The notes: generated from the letters alone by a model not told the origin. 64,000 bases of DNA from Deltaproteobacteria bacterium (GCA_016180845.1 JACPAK010000001.1:225707-289706), one strand, 5' to 3'. Counted from the stretch's first letter, positions 9,100-19,900 are shown. Translations and numbers: made by a program.

Positions 9100-9351
9100 A
9101 TGCCGGGCCTCCACGTCAAATTCGAGATCTCGCCAGAGGAGTTTCTCTCACATCTGGCCGATGCCGCCTATCAGGTCGCCTTGAAACAAGGTTTTCGGGG
9201 TTCCTTCATCGATCTCCGATTGGGCCTTCAGAGGGCACTTCATGAAATGATCCGGAAAGATATGTTCGTCACCGATCTCTGCGGTCTCTACACCATCTGC
9301 CAGGAGGCAGAAAAAATCGAGCCCTGGTCGGAAAAGGCAGAGGAAGTGTGA
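9100..9351 (+). CDS. Hypothetical small protein (83 aa)
   Basis: ATG with a strong GGGGGTGA Shine-Dalgarno. No recognisable motif. Confidence 0.4.
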   Translation: MPGLHVKFEISPEEFLSHLADAAYQVALKQGFRGSFIDLRLGLQRALHEMIRKDMFVTDLCGLYTICQEAEKIEPWSEKAEEV

Positions 9352-9419
9352 CCTTGCGCAGTCCGAAACCTGATACCGATCATACCTCTTTTCCCTGAAT
9401 ACGCTGAGTATCCTCATTG

Positions 9420-10274
9420 ATGTATACAATATTGAAAAAAGAGGTCTTTTCCCCAACAACATTCCTTTGGGAGGTCTTGGCACCTGATATTGCTCATGCG
9501 GCAAGGGCAGGCCAGTTTGTCATGGTCCACCTCAACTCCTATGGGGAAAGGATCCCGCTCACCATCGCGGATTTTGATCGGGAAAAAGGAACGATCACGC
9601 TTGTCGTCAAGGTAGTCGGAAAAACGACCGAGGAGATGTCGACCTATGCTGAAGGAGCGACCTTTCTTGATCTGGTCGGACCGTTGGGGACACCAAGCCT
9701 GGTCGAGCCACTCAACCATGTCGTCCTCGTCGGGGGAGGGATCGGCATCGCCCCACTTTTGCCTATCCTGAGGGAATTCCGAGAGACCGGAAGTTATGTC
9801 ACCGTCATCGTCGGTTTCAGGACAATGGGAGAGATTTTCTGGAAAGCTCGATTTGAAAAACTCGCCCACCAACTCGTTTTGATGACCGAAGACGGTTCCT
9901 CAGGAGAAAAGGGGACGGTGATTGATGGTCTGAAAAAAATCCTTTCCGAGGAAACCCCGATTGAAGAGGTCCTCGCGATCGGCCCGATCGGAATGATGCA
10001 GGCGGTCGCCGAAACAACCCGCCCCTGGGAAATACCGACGTTCGTCTCGATGAATCCGATCATGGTGGATGGGATCGGAATGTGTGGTTCGTGTCGTGTG
10101 AAGGTTGGCGACAAAATTCTTTTTGCCTGTGTCGATGGACCGGACATGAATGGTCACCTGGTTGATTTCAAAGAACTGAAGACCCGGCAAATCCGATTCT
10201 TCAATGAAGAGCAAAGATGCCTGAAGGCCTATCATGAGAGGCAGCCTCCGCTCACCCAAGGAGGGTCGAGATGA
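9420..10274 (+). CDS. PyrK-like FAD/NAD(P)-binding 2Fe-2S oxidoreductase subunit (NfnA / sulfide dehydrogenase SudB family)
   Basis: Ferredoxin-NADP reductase fold with the C-terminal GMCGSCRV…FACVDGP 2Fe-2S motif. ATGA coupling to the downstream GltD-like gene. Confidence 0.75.
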   Translation: MYTILKKEVFSPTTFLWEVLAPDIAHAARAGQFVMVHLNSYGERIPLTIADFDREKGTITLVVKVVGKTTEEMSTYAEGATFLDLVGPLGTPSLVEPLNHVVLVGGGIGIAPLLPILREFRETGSYVTVIVGFRTMGEIFWKARFEKLAHQLVLMTEDGSSGEKGTVIDGLKKILSEETPIEEVLAIGPIGMMQAVAETTRPWEIPTFVSMNPIMVDGIGMCGSCRVKVGDKILFACVDGPDMNGHLVDFKELKTRQIRFFNEEQRCLKAYHERQPPLTQGGSR

Positions 10275-11845
10275 ATCGGGAAACAAAAAAATTAAACCCG
10301 AACCGGATCCCGATGCCGGAACTCCCGATCGATGCCCGACGTCTCCTCTTTGAAGAGGTCAACTGCGGTTATACGTTCGAAGAGGCCCAGGAAGAGGCGA
10401 CGCGGTGTCTCTTCTGCAAAAAACCGTTTTGTATCCAGGGCTGTCCCGTTGAGATTGATATCCCCGGCTTTATCAAAAAGATCGTCGAGGGGGATCTTCA
10501 TAGGGCCTATTCGATTCTCAGGGAATCCAACCCCCTGCCTGCCGTCTGCGGCCGTGTCTGTCCTCAAGAGACCCAATGCGAGGCACGATGTGTCGTTGGC
10601 AAGAAAGGAACTCCCGTAGCGATCGGGTGGCTCGAGCGATTTGTCGGAGATTGGGCGCTCCAGCAAGGCGAAGCACTCTCTGGTTTTTCTGCGTCGTCAG
10701 GTGCCTCCGCGGCGACCTTTAGGGCGCTAGCAGCCAATGAACCTTCTCGCACAAAACGCGAGTTTTCATTGTCTTCTAGCACTCCTAAAGGGCCCGCCGC
10801 TCCTGGCAATGCCGACTCGAAAATTCCAGAGAGTGCTTCGCCGCTGAAAATTGCCATCATCGGCTCCGGTCCCTCCGGTCTTGCCTGCGCCCAGGATCTG
10901 GCAACAGCCGGCATCGATGTCACTATTTTTGAGGCACTGCATGAAGCGGGTGGCGTCCTCTCCTATGGAATCCCCCCCTTTCGACTCCCGCGTTCGATCG
11001 TCGCGAAGGAGATCGATCAGCTCAAACATCTGGGAGTTCATTTTGAACTTAACAAGGTCATCGGAAAAATTTTCACGATTGAAGAACTTCTTCGGGAAAA
11101 AGATTTTCAGGCAGTCTTTATCGGCACCGGCGCCGGTCTCCCCAAATTTTTAGGGCTCCCGGGAGAACAACTGAATGGGGTGATGAGCGCTAATGAATTC
11201 CTGACGCGTCTTAACCTGATGGGGGGATATCGGAAGGCCGATACGCCGGTCGGGATGGGGAATCAGGTCACCGTCATCGGGGCCGGCAATACCGCCCTCG
11301 ACTCTGCGAGGATCGCCCTGAGACTCGGTGCTACAGTCACTGTCGTTTATCGCCGGACAGAGAGTGAGTCCCCTGCCCGTGCGGAGGAGCTCCGCCATGC
11401 GAAGGAGGAGGGGGTCCGGTTCGAATGGCTCACCAATCCTTTAGGATATCTCGGTGACGATCATCACTGTGTGCGAACGATGCGTTGCCTCCGAATGGCC
11501 TTGGGAGAACCGGATGAATCGGGCCGACGTTCCCCCCATCCTCTCCCCGGCACGGAATTTGAGATCCCCACAGATACCGTGATCTACGCCTTGGGAACCG
11601 TCGCCAATCCGATCATCGGCCGAAGCACCTTGGGCCTTAAAACAAACCGCTGGGGGTATATCGAAGTCGATCCGGAAACCGGCATGACCTCTCTTCCCGG
11701 TGTCTTTGCGGGTGGTGATATTGTGACCGGAGCGGCGACAGTCATCCAGGCGCTTGGAGCCGGAAGAAAGGCGGCGCGGGGAATTTTGCGTTACCTGAAT
11801 AAAGAGAATGTGAAGGAGGTGAGTTATGCCGTCGCAATGCCCTAA
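10271..11845 (+). CDS. Glutamate-synthase-small-subunit-like NAD(P)H oxidoreductase (NfnB/SudA/GltD family), carrying a roughly 60-aa low-complexity in-frame insertion
   Basis: N-terminal 2x[4Fe-4S] Cys motifs (CLFCKKPFCIQGCP, CGRVCPQETQCEARC). IAIIGSGPSGLACA dinucleotide-binding fold. C-terminal GGDIVTGAATVI. Confidence 0.8.
   Translation: MNRETKKLNPNRIPMPELPIDARRLLFEEVNCGYTFEEAQEEATRCLFCKKPFCIQGCPVEIDIPGFIKKIVEGDLHRAYSILRESNPLPAVCGRVCPQETQCEARCVVGKKGTPVAIGWLERFVGDWALQQGEALSGFSASSGASAATFRALAANEPSRTKREFSLSSSTPKGPAAPGNADSKIPESASPLKIAIIGSGPSGLACAQDLATAGIDVTIFEALHEAGGVLSYGIPPFRLPRSIVAKEIDQLKHLGVHFELNKVIGKIFTIEELLREKDFQAVFIGTGAGLPKFLGLPGEQLNGVMSANEFLTRLNLMGGYRKADTPVGMGNQVTVIGAGNTALDSARIALRLGATVTVVYRRTESESPARAEELRHAKEEGVRFEWLTNPLGYLGDDHHCVRTMRCLRMALGEPDESGRRSPHPLPGTEFEIPTDTVIYALGTVANPIIGRSTLGLKTNRWGYIEVDPETGMTSLPGVFAGGDIVTGAATVIQALGAGRKAARGILRYLNKENVKEVSYAVAMP
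10667..10842. repeat. A 176-bp imperfect palindrome inserted in frame into the NfnB-like gene
   Basis: Perfect 17-bp terminal inverted repeats: ggcgaagcactctctgg … ccagagagtgcttcgcc. Internal arms are also reverse-complementary (tttagggcgctagcagccaatgaa vs ttcattgtcttctagcactcctaaa). It encodes an S/A/P-rich linker absent from homologues. Confidence 0.7.
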
Positions 11846-12443
11846 ATGCCGGCAAGTCCTCGATGAAGATTATATCTGTTGCGCCGACATCCAGCTCCAG
11901 TGGAAATGTGTTGATTGTCATAAGCGTTCGATCGGCTTCGCCTTCCCCTTCGGTCGCTGTTCCCTCTGCGGCGGCAATCTGACACGCGTTGAACCTGTGA
12001 AAGAATTATCCAGAAATATCCAGCTCCTTCAGGAGGCGCTCCAGATTGAAATCACGAGCTCTCTTTTCTATCGTCGTCTCTCGGAAGCGGTCGACGATCC
12101 TGAAATCAGCGATTTTTTTGAGACCATGTCCGATTGGGAAAAGGAACATGCGCGTGAACTAAGTCAGAAATACCACCTGCATCTCGGCGAAGAGATGTTT
12201 CAGGACGACAACCTCCCACTGCCGTTTCCTTTTTTCGACGATCTTTCATTTTTCGCGGCAACAGGCAATCTCCGTCGTCTCTATGATTGTGGGATCTCTC
12301 TTGAGAAAAAAACGCTTCGTTTTTTTGAGGAAAAGGCACGCCAGATGCCAATGAGTCGTGAGAAAGAGCTGTATCAAGAACTCGCCGCTGAGGAGAGAGA
12401 CCATATCGCGCTTCTCGAATCAGAAAGGGACAAGAGGTGTTAA
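11826..12443 (+). CDS. Rubrerythrin/ferritin-like diiron protein with an N-terminal zinc-ribbon
   Basis: CPKC…C…CHK…CSLC zinc-ribbon, then ExxH motifs (EKEHAREL, ERDHIALL) typical of rubrerythrin-like four-helix-bundle diiron sites. Confidence 0.6.
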   Translation: MPSQCPKCRQVLDEDYICCADIQLQWKCVDCHKRSIGFAFPFGRCSLCGGNLTRVEPVKELSRNIQLLQEALQIEITSSLFYRRLSEAVDDPEISDFFETMSDWEKEHARELSQKYHLHLGEEMFQDDNLPLPFPFFDDLSFFAATGNLRRLYDCGISLEKKTLRFFEEKARQMPMSREKELYQELAAEERDHIALLESERDKRC

Positions 12444-13381
12444 TGTCAAAAGAACTCTTAAAAAAATTGGGAGCTGGGGAGACGATCGATGTTCGGGCTG
12501 ACGGGAAGGCAGGGAGTGGACTCGTGATGATCCTCCAGACCTTCGCCGAGGCGGTTTCCCTCAAGGGAGACTATCAGGTCCAGGAGTGGCCCTTTTTCAG
12601 TTCGGCCCGAAAAGGGGCGAATGTCCGCGGCTATCTCCGGATCGGGAAGGGACCAACATTTATCTCCTGCAAGGTGGATAAACCCCACCTCGCCCTGCTC
12701 GTTAGCGAAAAAACGGGGGAAGAACTCGACTTTGCGAGCGGCATGAATGAAGGAATCTATCTCATCAATAGTCCACGAAGCCCGGCAGAGACGGCAGACA
12801 GCTTCCACCTTCGAGGCCTCGTTTACACCATCCCGGGAGATCAGTTGGGGGAAAAATATCTCGGTCGCCCGCTCCCGAACATCCCGCTCTTAGCCGCCAT
12901 GCAGACGGCGCTCCCGCTCGTCTCCTCGACAGAGATACTCAAGGCCCTCGAAGATATCGGAAGGAAGAGGCGGCTCCCTGAGAAGATGATCGAGGCCAAC
13001 AAGACCTGTTTTCTCGAATCCCTTAAACTGATCCGGAGGGAGGAGATCCCGGGAGACCCTTCATGGAAACATCCACTCCCCCCGTTTGAGGGGTATCTCG
13101 ATTATCCGACAGGGGCCCAGAGCCGGCTTCGGACAAGTCTTTCAAACCAGACAGCGAACTACGCCCGGCCCGGGAGAAGGCTGGTCTTCCACGATCCGGA
13201 AAATCGCTGTAACGGCTGTAGTCTCTGCATCGTCAATTGTCCGGAGGGGATTATTCAATTTGAAAAGGATGAAAAGCAGGGTGTTCGCGTCACGGGAGCG
13301 AACATCGACCAATTCTGCAAACTTTGCCGTGAGTGTATTGAGGTCTGTCCCATCGATCTTTTTGAGGAGGTTGGATGCTGA
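12443..13381 (+). CDS. 2-oxoacid:ferredoxin oxidoreductase gamma-delta fusion subunit (POR/KOR/VOR family)
   Basis: N-terminal gamma-type domain, then C-terminal 2x[4Fe-4S] motifs (CNGCSLCIVNCP, CKLCRECIEVCP). Confidence 0.75.
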   Translation: MSKELLKKLGAGETIDVRADGKAGSGLVMILQTFAEAVSLKGDYQVQEWPFFSSARKGANVRGYLRIGKGPTFISCKVDKPHLALLVSEKTGEELDFASGMNEGIYLINSPRSPAETADSFHLRGLVYTIPGDQLGEKYLGRPLPNIPLLAAMQTALPLVSSTEILKALEDIGRKRRLPEKMIEANKTCFLESLKLIRREEIPGDPSWKHPLPPFEGYLDYPTGAQSRLRTSLSNQTANYARPGRRLVFHDPENRCNGCSLCIVNCPEGIIQFEKDEKQGVRVTGANIDQFCKLCRECIEVCPIDLFEEVGC

Positions 13382-13448
13382 TAAAGGCCCATCTGCTGCG
13401 TTACCTTGCATCTGGGACCTTTCTCAACATCCTTTTGGAGTGCCCAAG

Positions 13449-14759
13449 ATGACAAACCCAGCCGAAAAACTTTACGGTCGCTCCTTTCCAGGGATCATTG
13501 ATCTGGAAATGATTCGCAAATTACATCGACCTCTTTACCGGGAACGTCAAAGGGTCCAGAAGGATGGCAACGAGGCGGCAGCAATCGCGTCGCTCCAGTT
13601 CTGGAGGTCACCGATCTACGCTGGTTTTCCGATCACCCCCTCGACGAAATGGCTCGAGACGATCGCTGCCTCTGTAAACGGCGGTCGTTTTGTCATTGAA
13701 AGAAATGGCCAAAAGATCAGCACGAAACGGGTGAAACTCCTCGAGGCGGAGCATGCGGTTGCCGATTATCTCGCAGGGGCTGCTGCCGCCTGTCGCGAGC
13801 TGATCTTCATGACTGCCACTTCTTCTGTCGGTCTGGATCATATGACCGAGACGACACGTTCGCTTGGGGCCAGTGGGCTTGGAAATATCATGCTCATCAA
13901 TGTCTATCGAGCCACCGCCAATTATCCCCTCTGCATCGAAGGAGACCCTTCGGATACGCTGGCCCATCGGGATGACGGCTGGATCCAGGTGGTCTGCCGC
14001 GGGAAACAACAAATCTACGACACACTTCTCCAGCTTCCCTGCATCGGGATGCACCCTGATATCCTGATCCCGACAATGCCCGGCTTCTACGGAATCAAGG
14101 ACAGCCATCGCAGCGAACCGTTTTTTGTCGAACCGGATGAAAAGATCCATTCCTTTCAGGACAGTCTTTTGCCCGATCATTGCCATCTTCCCGGACTCAT
14201 CACAGGTGACACCTCCATGGGCAATTGTGTGACGAGCCCCTATTTTCAGGGATTCAAATGGGAACAGAGGCAGAGACTCGATCGTGTCTTTCACATCTTA
14301 AAAAGGACCTCAGCTGAATTTCAGCGGGAATTTGGTCGGCCGGGGATTGAACCGATCGAGACCTATTCCCTGGACGACTCCCCTCCGGTCATCCTCGTCG
14401 CCATGGGACCCGATACCACCACTGCATGGGAGGTACTTCGCCAGAAACGACAGGAGGGACAAAAAATCGGCCTCGTCGTGATCCGACTCCTCACTCCTTT
14501 TCCCCTCAATCTCGTCCGGCAGGCGCTTCGCTCCGCAGAAGCGGTGGGGGTTGTAAACAACGCCTTTCAATCAGAACGCGGGCATCTCACGGCGCTCGTG
14601 AGCGAGGCGGTCAACAATCTCCCGATAAAAACGGTCGGGTTCTTTACCGGCCTCGGCGCCGCCGACATCTCGACAGACTCATGGGAAAAGATGATCCGGC
14701 TGACGACGACCCTGAAAGAAGGGGGAAGCTGCTTCATCTATCGGGGGGAGGCGCTATGA
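13449..14759 (+). CDS. 2-oxoacid:ferredoxin oxidoreductase alpha subunit
   Basis: PorA/KorA-like sequence (YAGFPITPSTKWLE…). The ATG at 13449 follows the gamma-delta gene. The ORF-track N-terminal extension overlaps the upstream gene and is rejected. Confidence 0.75.
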   Translation: MTNPAEKLYGRSFPGIIDLEMIRKLHRPLYRERQRVQKDGNEAAAIASLQFWRSPIYAGFPITPSTKWLETIAASVNGGRFVIERNGQKISTKRVKLLEAEHAVADYLAGAAAACRELIFMTATSSVGLDHMTETTRSLGASGLGNIMLINVYRATANYPLCIEGDPSDTLAHRDDGWIQVVCRGKQQIYDTLLQLPCIGMHPDILIPTMPGFYGIKDSHRSEPFFVEPDEKIHSFQDSLLPDHCHLPGLITGDTSMGNCVTSPYFQGFKWEQRQRLDRVFHILKRTSAEFQREFGRPGIEPIETYSLDDSPPVILVAMGPDTTTAWEVLRQKRQEGQKIGLVVIRLLTPFPLNLVRQALRSAEAVGVVNNAFQSERGHLTALVSEAVNNLPIKTVGFFTGLGAADISTDSWEKMIRLTTTLKEGGSCFIYRGEAL

Positions 14760-15784
14760 CGATCCGACAACTTCCTCCGTATAAGGAAATGGCCAGAAAG
14801 GACTCCTGCTTCCGACCCGGCTCGACCTTGTGTGTCGGATGCATGGAATCGATCGCATTCCAGAATTTCGGGCGAGTGACGGACAACGGGACCAAAACCA
14901 TCTACACGATGGGGACCTTCTGCGGCGAGGTGTCGACACTCTTCTGGCCTGGGGTAATCTCCTGGGGGCGTGGAGAGACGGAACCAGCAGCTTTTGAAAA
15001 ATCATTTTCCATTATTCATAACGTTTTTGAATCCGCCCCGACAGTCGCCGAGGGGATCCGGGATACCGCCGATATCCTGACCGAACTGGGGGCGCTTCAG
15101 AAACCGATTCAGGTTGTTTCGAACTCCGGAGATGGGGGCGCGCTCGTCATCGGGCTTCGATCACTGCTGCATACGATTCAACGAAAGACACGCATCACGG
15201 TTGTCGTCATGATCAACGAATTTTTTGCGAACACCGGCTTTCAATTCGCCTCAACAACAACCCCCTATTCGGAAACCTCCACAACCCCCCCAGGGGAATT
15301 TATCCCCGGAAATCTCTCGGAACCGATGAATCATATCGGACTTGTCTTGATGGCAGGGGCCGGTTACGTCGCCCAAGTCTCACCGGCATTTCCGAAGGAG
15401 TTCACGGAGGCGTGTGAAAAGGCGCTTGCCTGTCCGGAAACATCGGTCCTCTTCGTCCCCTCCCCTTGCATCGCGGGGTGGAAGTATGAAGAGGGGAAGA
15501 CGATTGAGCTTGCCAAGCTCGCCTCCGAATCAGGTCTCTTCCCAACCTTCCTAAAGGAAAAAGGAAAGGAAGGAATCATGAAATATGTCGCGCCTGATTC
15601 GACCCGATCCCAAAAACTGCTAAACTTTCTCAGTGAGCAGAGGCGATTTAATCACCTCGTCCGAAAAAACAAAGAGGATCTCCCTTCCGTCGTGTCAGGA
15701 CGGGAAAAAGAATTGAAAACAATCGAGGAATGGATCGCTAAGAACCTGAAGAACTTGAACGCCCTCTCGAAATGGGATCAGTGA
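14756..15784 (+). CDS. 2-oxoacid:ferredoxin oxidoreductase beta subunit (TPP-binding)
   Basis: ATGA overlap with alpha. CVGCMES Cys motif and a TPP-binding GDGG region (SNSGDGGALVIG). Confidence 0.75.
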   Translation: MTIRQLPPYKEMARKDSCFRPGSTLCVGCMESIAFQNFGRVTDNGTKTIYTMGTFCGEVSTLFWPGVISWGRGETEPAAFEKSFSIIHNVFESAPTVAEGIRDTADILTELGALQKPIQVVSNSGDGGALVIGLRSLLHTIQRKTRITVVVMINEFFANTGFQFASTTTPYSETSTTPPGEFIPGNLSEPMNHIGLVLMAGAGYVAQVSPAFPKEFTEACEKALACPETSVLFVPSPCIAGWKYEEGKTIELAKLASESGLFPTFLKEKGKEGIMKYVAPDSTRSQKLLNFLSEQRRFNHLVRKNKEDLPSVVSGREKELKTIEEWIAKNLKNLNALSKWDQ

Positions 15785-15872
15785 CCTGATCCTCGTCATA
15801 CCCTCTTGTCCATGATTCACTCATAATGTTAAAGTTAAGTTTTGAAGAATACTGAAAAAAGGGAGGTGTCTT

Positions 15873-16475
15873 ATGGTGAAAGAAACCATTGTCGAACCGA
15901 CCGATGCCCTCATCCTAATCGACATCCAGAAAGACTTCTTTGAAGGGGGATTCTTCCCGGTCAAGGGGGCCGATGAGATCCTGAAGCCATTGCTCTCCGT
16001 CATGAGTCTCTTCCCTCTGATCGTCGCCACGCAGGACTGGCATTATATTGAACAGTTCACCCACCAGAAGGAGGGGGTTTACGAAACTGGACACTGCATT
16101 GAAAGGACCCCCGGGGCTGATCTCCATCCCCTCCTCGCCAATCAACATCTCGACCTCACGATTCGGAGGGGACCAAAAAAGGATGGGGAGTCATTCTCGG
16201 TCTTTGAACAAAGCGAGCTTGCAACCTGGCTGCTTCGAAAGAGGTGCCGCCGGATCTTCGTGATGGGATTCACGACCGAGTATGGTGTGAAAGAAACCGT
16301 TCTTGACGGTCTCAAACGGGGATTCAAGGTCTTCGTCATTGAGGAAGGGGTAAAATCCCGAGGCTCCGCTACAGAAGGAGCTAAGGCGCTGGACGAGATG
16401 AAACGGGCCGGGGCTCATCTGGTCTCCGAGGAAGAGCTTGTCCCGGAAAAGGGTCGCGTGACTGTCGGGGAATAG
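15873..16475 (+). CDS. Isochorismatase-family cysteine hydrolase (nicotinamidase PncA-like)
   Basis: ALILIDIQKDF motif and a catalytic Cys in the RIFVMGFTTEYGV region. Confidence 0.65.
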   Translation: MVKETIVEPTDALILIDIQKDFFEGGFFPVKGADEILKPLLSVMSLFPLIVATQDWHYIEQFTHQKEGVYETGHCIERTPGADLHPLLANQHLDLTIRRGPKKDGESFSVFEQSELATWLLRKRCRRIFVMGFTTEYGVKETVLDGLKRGFKVFVIEEGVKSRGSATEGAKALDEMKRAGAHLVSEEELVPEKGRVTVGE

Positions 16476-16477
16476 AT

Positions 16478-16870
16478 TCAGATCTGATCGATCGTCGTTC
16501 CTTCCGCCCACTTCCGGAAGGCTGACTTGACCTCTTTCCAGGAAGAATGGAGGGGACAGTGGTGGGCCCCTCCGCACCGCTTCCAGCCAAAAATGCAATG
16601 TCCGTCCCCTGATGGATAACCGATGGCCCTTAAAATATCATCGATCCGGATTGATTCCGGGGGAGAGGCGAGTCGGTATCCGCCATCAGGCCCCTTGCGG
16701 GAGAGAAGAAGTCTCTTGCGAACGAGCGATCTCAAGACTTTAAAGAGAAAAGGAAGGGGAACATGGGTTAATCGGGCGAGGTCGCTGGCGTTAATCCCTC
16801 GATCAACACCCTGTCTCATGATCTCAACCATCACTCGCAACGCATATTCTGCTGTCTTCGGAAGCTGCAT
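16478..16870 (-). CDS. Rrf2-family transcriptional regulator (IscR/NsrR-like) with three Fe-S ligand cysteines
   Basis: N-terminal MQLPKTAEYALRVM HTH. C-terminal C-x6-C-x5-C cluster (CIFGWKRCGGAHHC). Divergent from the nxr-like operon. Confidence 0.7.
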   Translation of the reverse strand: MQLPKTAEYALRVMVEIMRQGVDRGINASDLARLTHVPLPFLFKVLRSLVRKRLLLSRKGPDGGYRLASPPESIRIDDILRAIGYPSGDGHCIFGWKRCGGAHHCPLHSSWKEVKSAFRKWAEGTTIDQI

Positions 16871-16976
16871 AAAAAATATTCTAAGATGAACCATACCGAA
16901 ATCACCTGACCACAATCATGTGATCGGCTGATTCGAATCATTCTCTCGAGACACGACTTCTCGATAATGGACCTTG

Positions 16977-19900
16977 ATGTCCAAAATACATCCCCTTTCT
17001 CGGCGTGAGTTCTTAAAAAAGGCAGGGCTAGGTGCAGGGGCTTATGCACTTTTATCGTCCAGCACCTACGCCTATTTAAAACCGATTGTCGGGGTTGATA
17101 ACCCGCTCGAATTTTATCCTTCACGCGACTGGGAAAAGGTCTACCGGGATCAATATCGATACGATTCTTCCTTCACGTTTGTCTGTTCCCCGAATGACAC
17201 CCATGCCTGTCGCGTGCGGGCCTTTGTCCGCAATGGGATCCTGGTCCGGACAGAGCAGAACTATGATGTCCAGAGATATTCCGATCTTTACGGCAACAAG
17301 GCCTCCCCGAACTGGAATCCACGCATGTGTCCGAAGGGGTATACCCTGGCACAACGGATGTACGGTCCGAATCGGCTCAAGGATCCCGTGGTGCGCAAGG
17401 GATGGCGTGCGTGGGTCAAGGATGGCTGTCCCTATCTGACCCCGGAACTCAAAAAGAAATACAAGTTTGACAGTCGCGGAAGCGACGAACTCCAATTCAT
17501 CGCATGGGACGAGGCGTATGATCTGGCCGCTCGGGCGATGATTGCGATTGCCACTATGTACAATGGTGACGAGGGGGCCAAACGGCTTGCCGAAGAGGGA
17601 TACGTTCCCGAGATGATCCAGCGGATGGAGGGATCGGGGATGCGCACCCTGAAATACCGCGGTGGGATGGGACTCCTCGGGGTCATCGGAAAGTTCGGGA
17701 TGTATCGCTTCTCGAACATGATGGCGCTGGTCGACAGCCACCTCCGTGGCGTAGAAGAAAAAGAGGCGAAGGGGGGGCGGAGTTGGGACAACTACACCGA
17801 ACATGGGGACCAAGCCCCCGGCTATCCTTTTGTCCACGGACTCCAGACCTCCGATTGCGATTTTAATGACCTCCGCTTTACGAAGCTTCATATCCAATGC
17901 GGCAAGAACCTCGTCGAGAACAAGATGCCGGAGTCCCACTGGTTTATCGAATCAATTGAGCGAGGGGCGAAGGTCGTCACAATCACGCCGGAATACAGCC
18001 CACCCGCAACCAAATCGGATTACTGGATCCCGGTCCGACCCGCCTCCGATGCGGCAATTTTTCTTGGGATTGCGAAGATCCTGATCGACCGGAAGTGGTA
18101 CGATGCCGAGTTCGTCAAAAAATTTACCGATCTCCCGCTTCTGGTCCGGACGGACAACCTCAAACGCCTGCATGCCGCCGAGGTTTTCCCCGGATACCAG
18201 CCGGGGTTGAGTCCCGAGGGGGCAAGCCTCAAGGAGCAAGGTCTTACGAAGGAACAATACGGGCAGTTGGGAGATTTTGTCGTGCGAGACACCGTCTCCG
18301 GCGATTTCAAGGCGGTCACGCGTGACGACGTCGGAAACCATCTGAAGGAAAAAGGGATCGATCCGGTTCTCGAATGGAGAGGCATGGTCAAAATGGCCGA
18401 TGGAACCACTGTCGAGACAACGACACTATGGGAGGCGTACAAGATCCACCTCAAGGACTACGACCTCGACACCGTCGCCGAAGTCACTCAGGCACCGAAA
18501 GGGTTGATCGAACAGCTGGCGAAGGACCTTGCAACAATCAAACCGGCCGCGATCCATATGGGTGAGGGGATCAATCACTGGTTCCATGCGACCGAGGTGA
18601 ATCGAGCGACGCTGCTCCCGCTCATGCTGACCGGAAACATCGGGCAGCAGGGGGCTGGCTCATTCACCTGGGCGGGCAATTATAAATCGGCCAATTTTCA
18701 GGCGGCTCCGGGTGTCGGCGCTGGCTTGGGTGTCTGGGTCGCCGAGGACCCGTTTCATCCCACGCTTGATTCCAAAACTCCCGGCAAGGACGTGCAGGTT
18801 AAAAACTACGCCCTCGAGGAAGGGGCCTCTTATTGGGCGCACGGAGATCATCCGCTGATCGTTGAAACCCCAAAGTTTGGTCGGAAGATGTTTACCGGAA
18901 AGACCCACATGCCCTCTCCGACGAAGGGGATGTGGTTCACCAACGTGAATCACATTAATAATTCGAAGTGGGCCTACCAGGTGATCAAGAACGTCTTGCC
19001 GACCTGCAACATGATCGCCGTGACGGATGTCGAACTGAACGGAACGATCGAATATGCCGACATCGCCTTCCCGGCCAGTTGGTGGGCGGAAATCGAAAAC
19101 TACGAGGTCACCAGCTCCTGCTCCAATCCGTTCCTCCAGATCTGGAAGGGATCGCTCAAGCCTCCTCTCAATACAAAAGACGACGTCCAGATCCTCGCGG
19201 GAGTTGCGAAGCGGTTGGGGGAAATTTTGGGCGACCGGCGGTTTGAGGATTATTGGAAATTTGTCCACCAGAAAAAGACAGAGGTTTATATCCAGAGACT
19301 CCTCGATGCCTCGATGACACTCCACGGTTACCGTTTCGATGACATTATCACAGGGAAATATGGGGAACCGGGGGCTGCCCTGATGCTCTACAGGACCTAT
19401 CCCCGCATCCCCTTCTGGGAACAGGTCCACGAGGACAAGCCTTTCTTTACCGATACCGGCAGACTCAACAGTTATTGCGACATCCCGGAGGCGATCGAAT
19501 ACGGGGAAAATTTTATTGTCCACCGCGAGGGACCGGAGGCGACCCCTTACCTCCCCAACGCCATCCTTTCCACCAATCCCCTGGTTCGCCCGGAAGATTA
19601 TGGAATCCCACCGGACGATATGGAGGCGGAGGCGCGTCACGTCCGCAATATCAAGATGTCCTGGCAACAACTCAAGGGGACCGAAAATCCGCTCTGGAGG
19701 CAGGGGTTTCAGTTTTACTGTGTCACCCCGAAGACGCGGCACACCGTCCATTCGCAGTGGTCCAATGTCACCTGGAATCGTGTCTGGGCAAGCAACTTCG
19801 CCGACCAGTTGCGTGAGGACAAGCGGCAACCGGACGCTGCCGATCATCAAGTCCATATCAATCCGCAGGCGGCGAAGGACCTTGGGATCAACGACGGTGA

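Noticed and set aside
13086-13448. N-terminal extension of the OFOR alpha ORF overlapping the gamma-delta gene, and similar extensions for mobA (26356-26477) and the AhbD-like gene (29121-29699).
   Set aside because: The extensions overlap upstream genes out of frame and lack homology. Internal ATG starts that abut the upstream stop, or overlap it as ATGA, give full-length family-consistent proteins.
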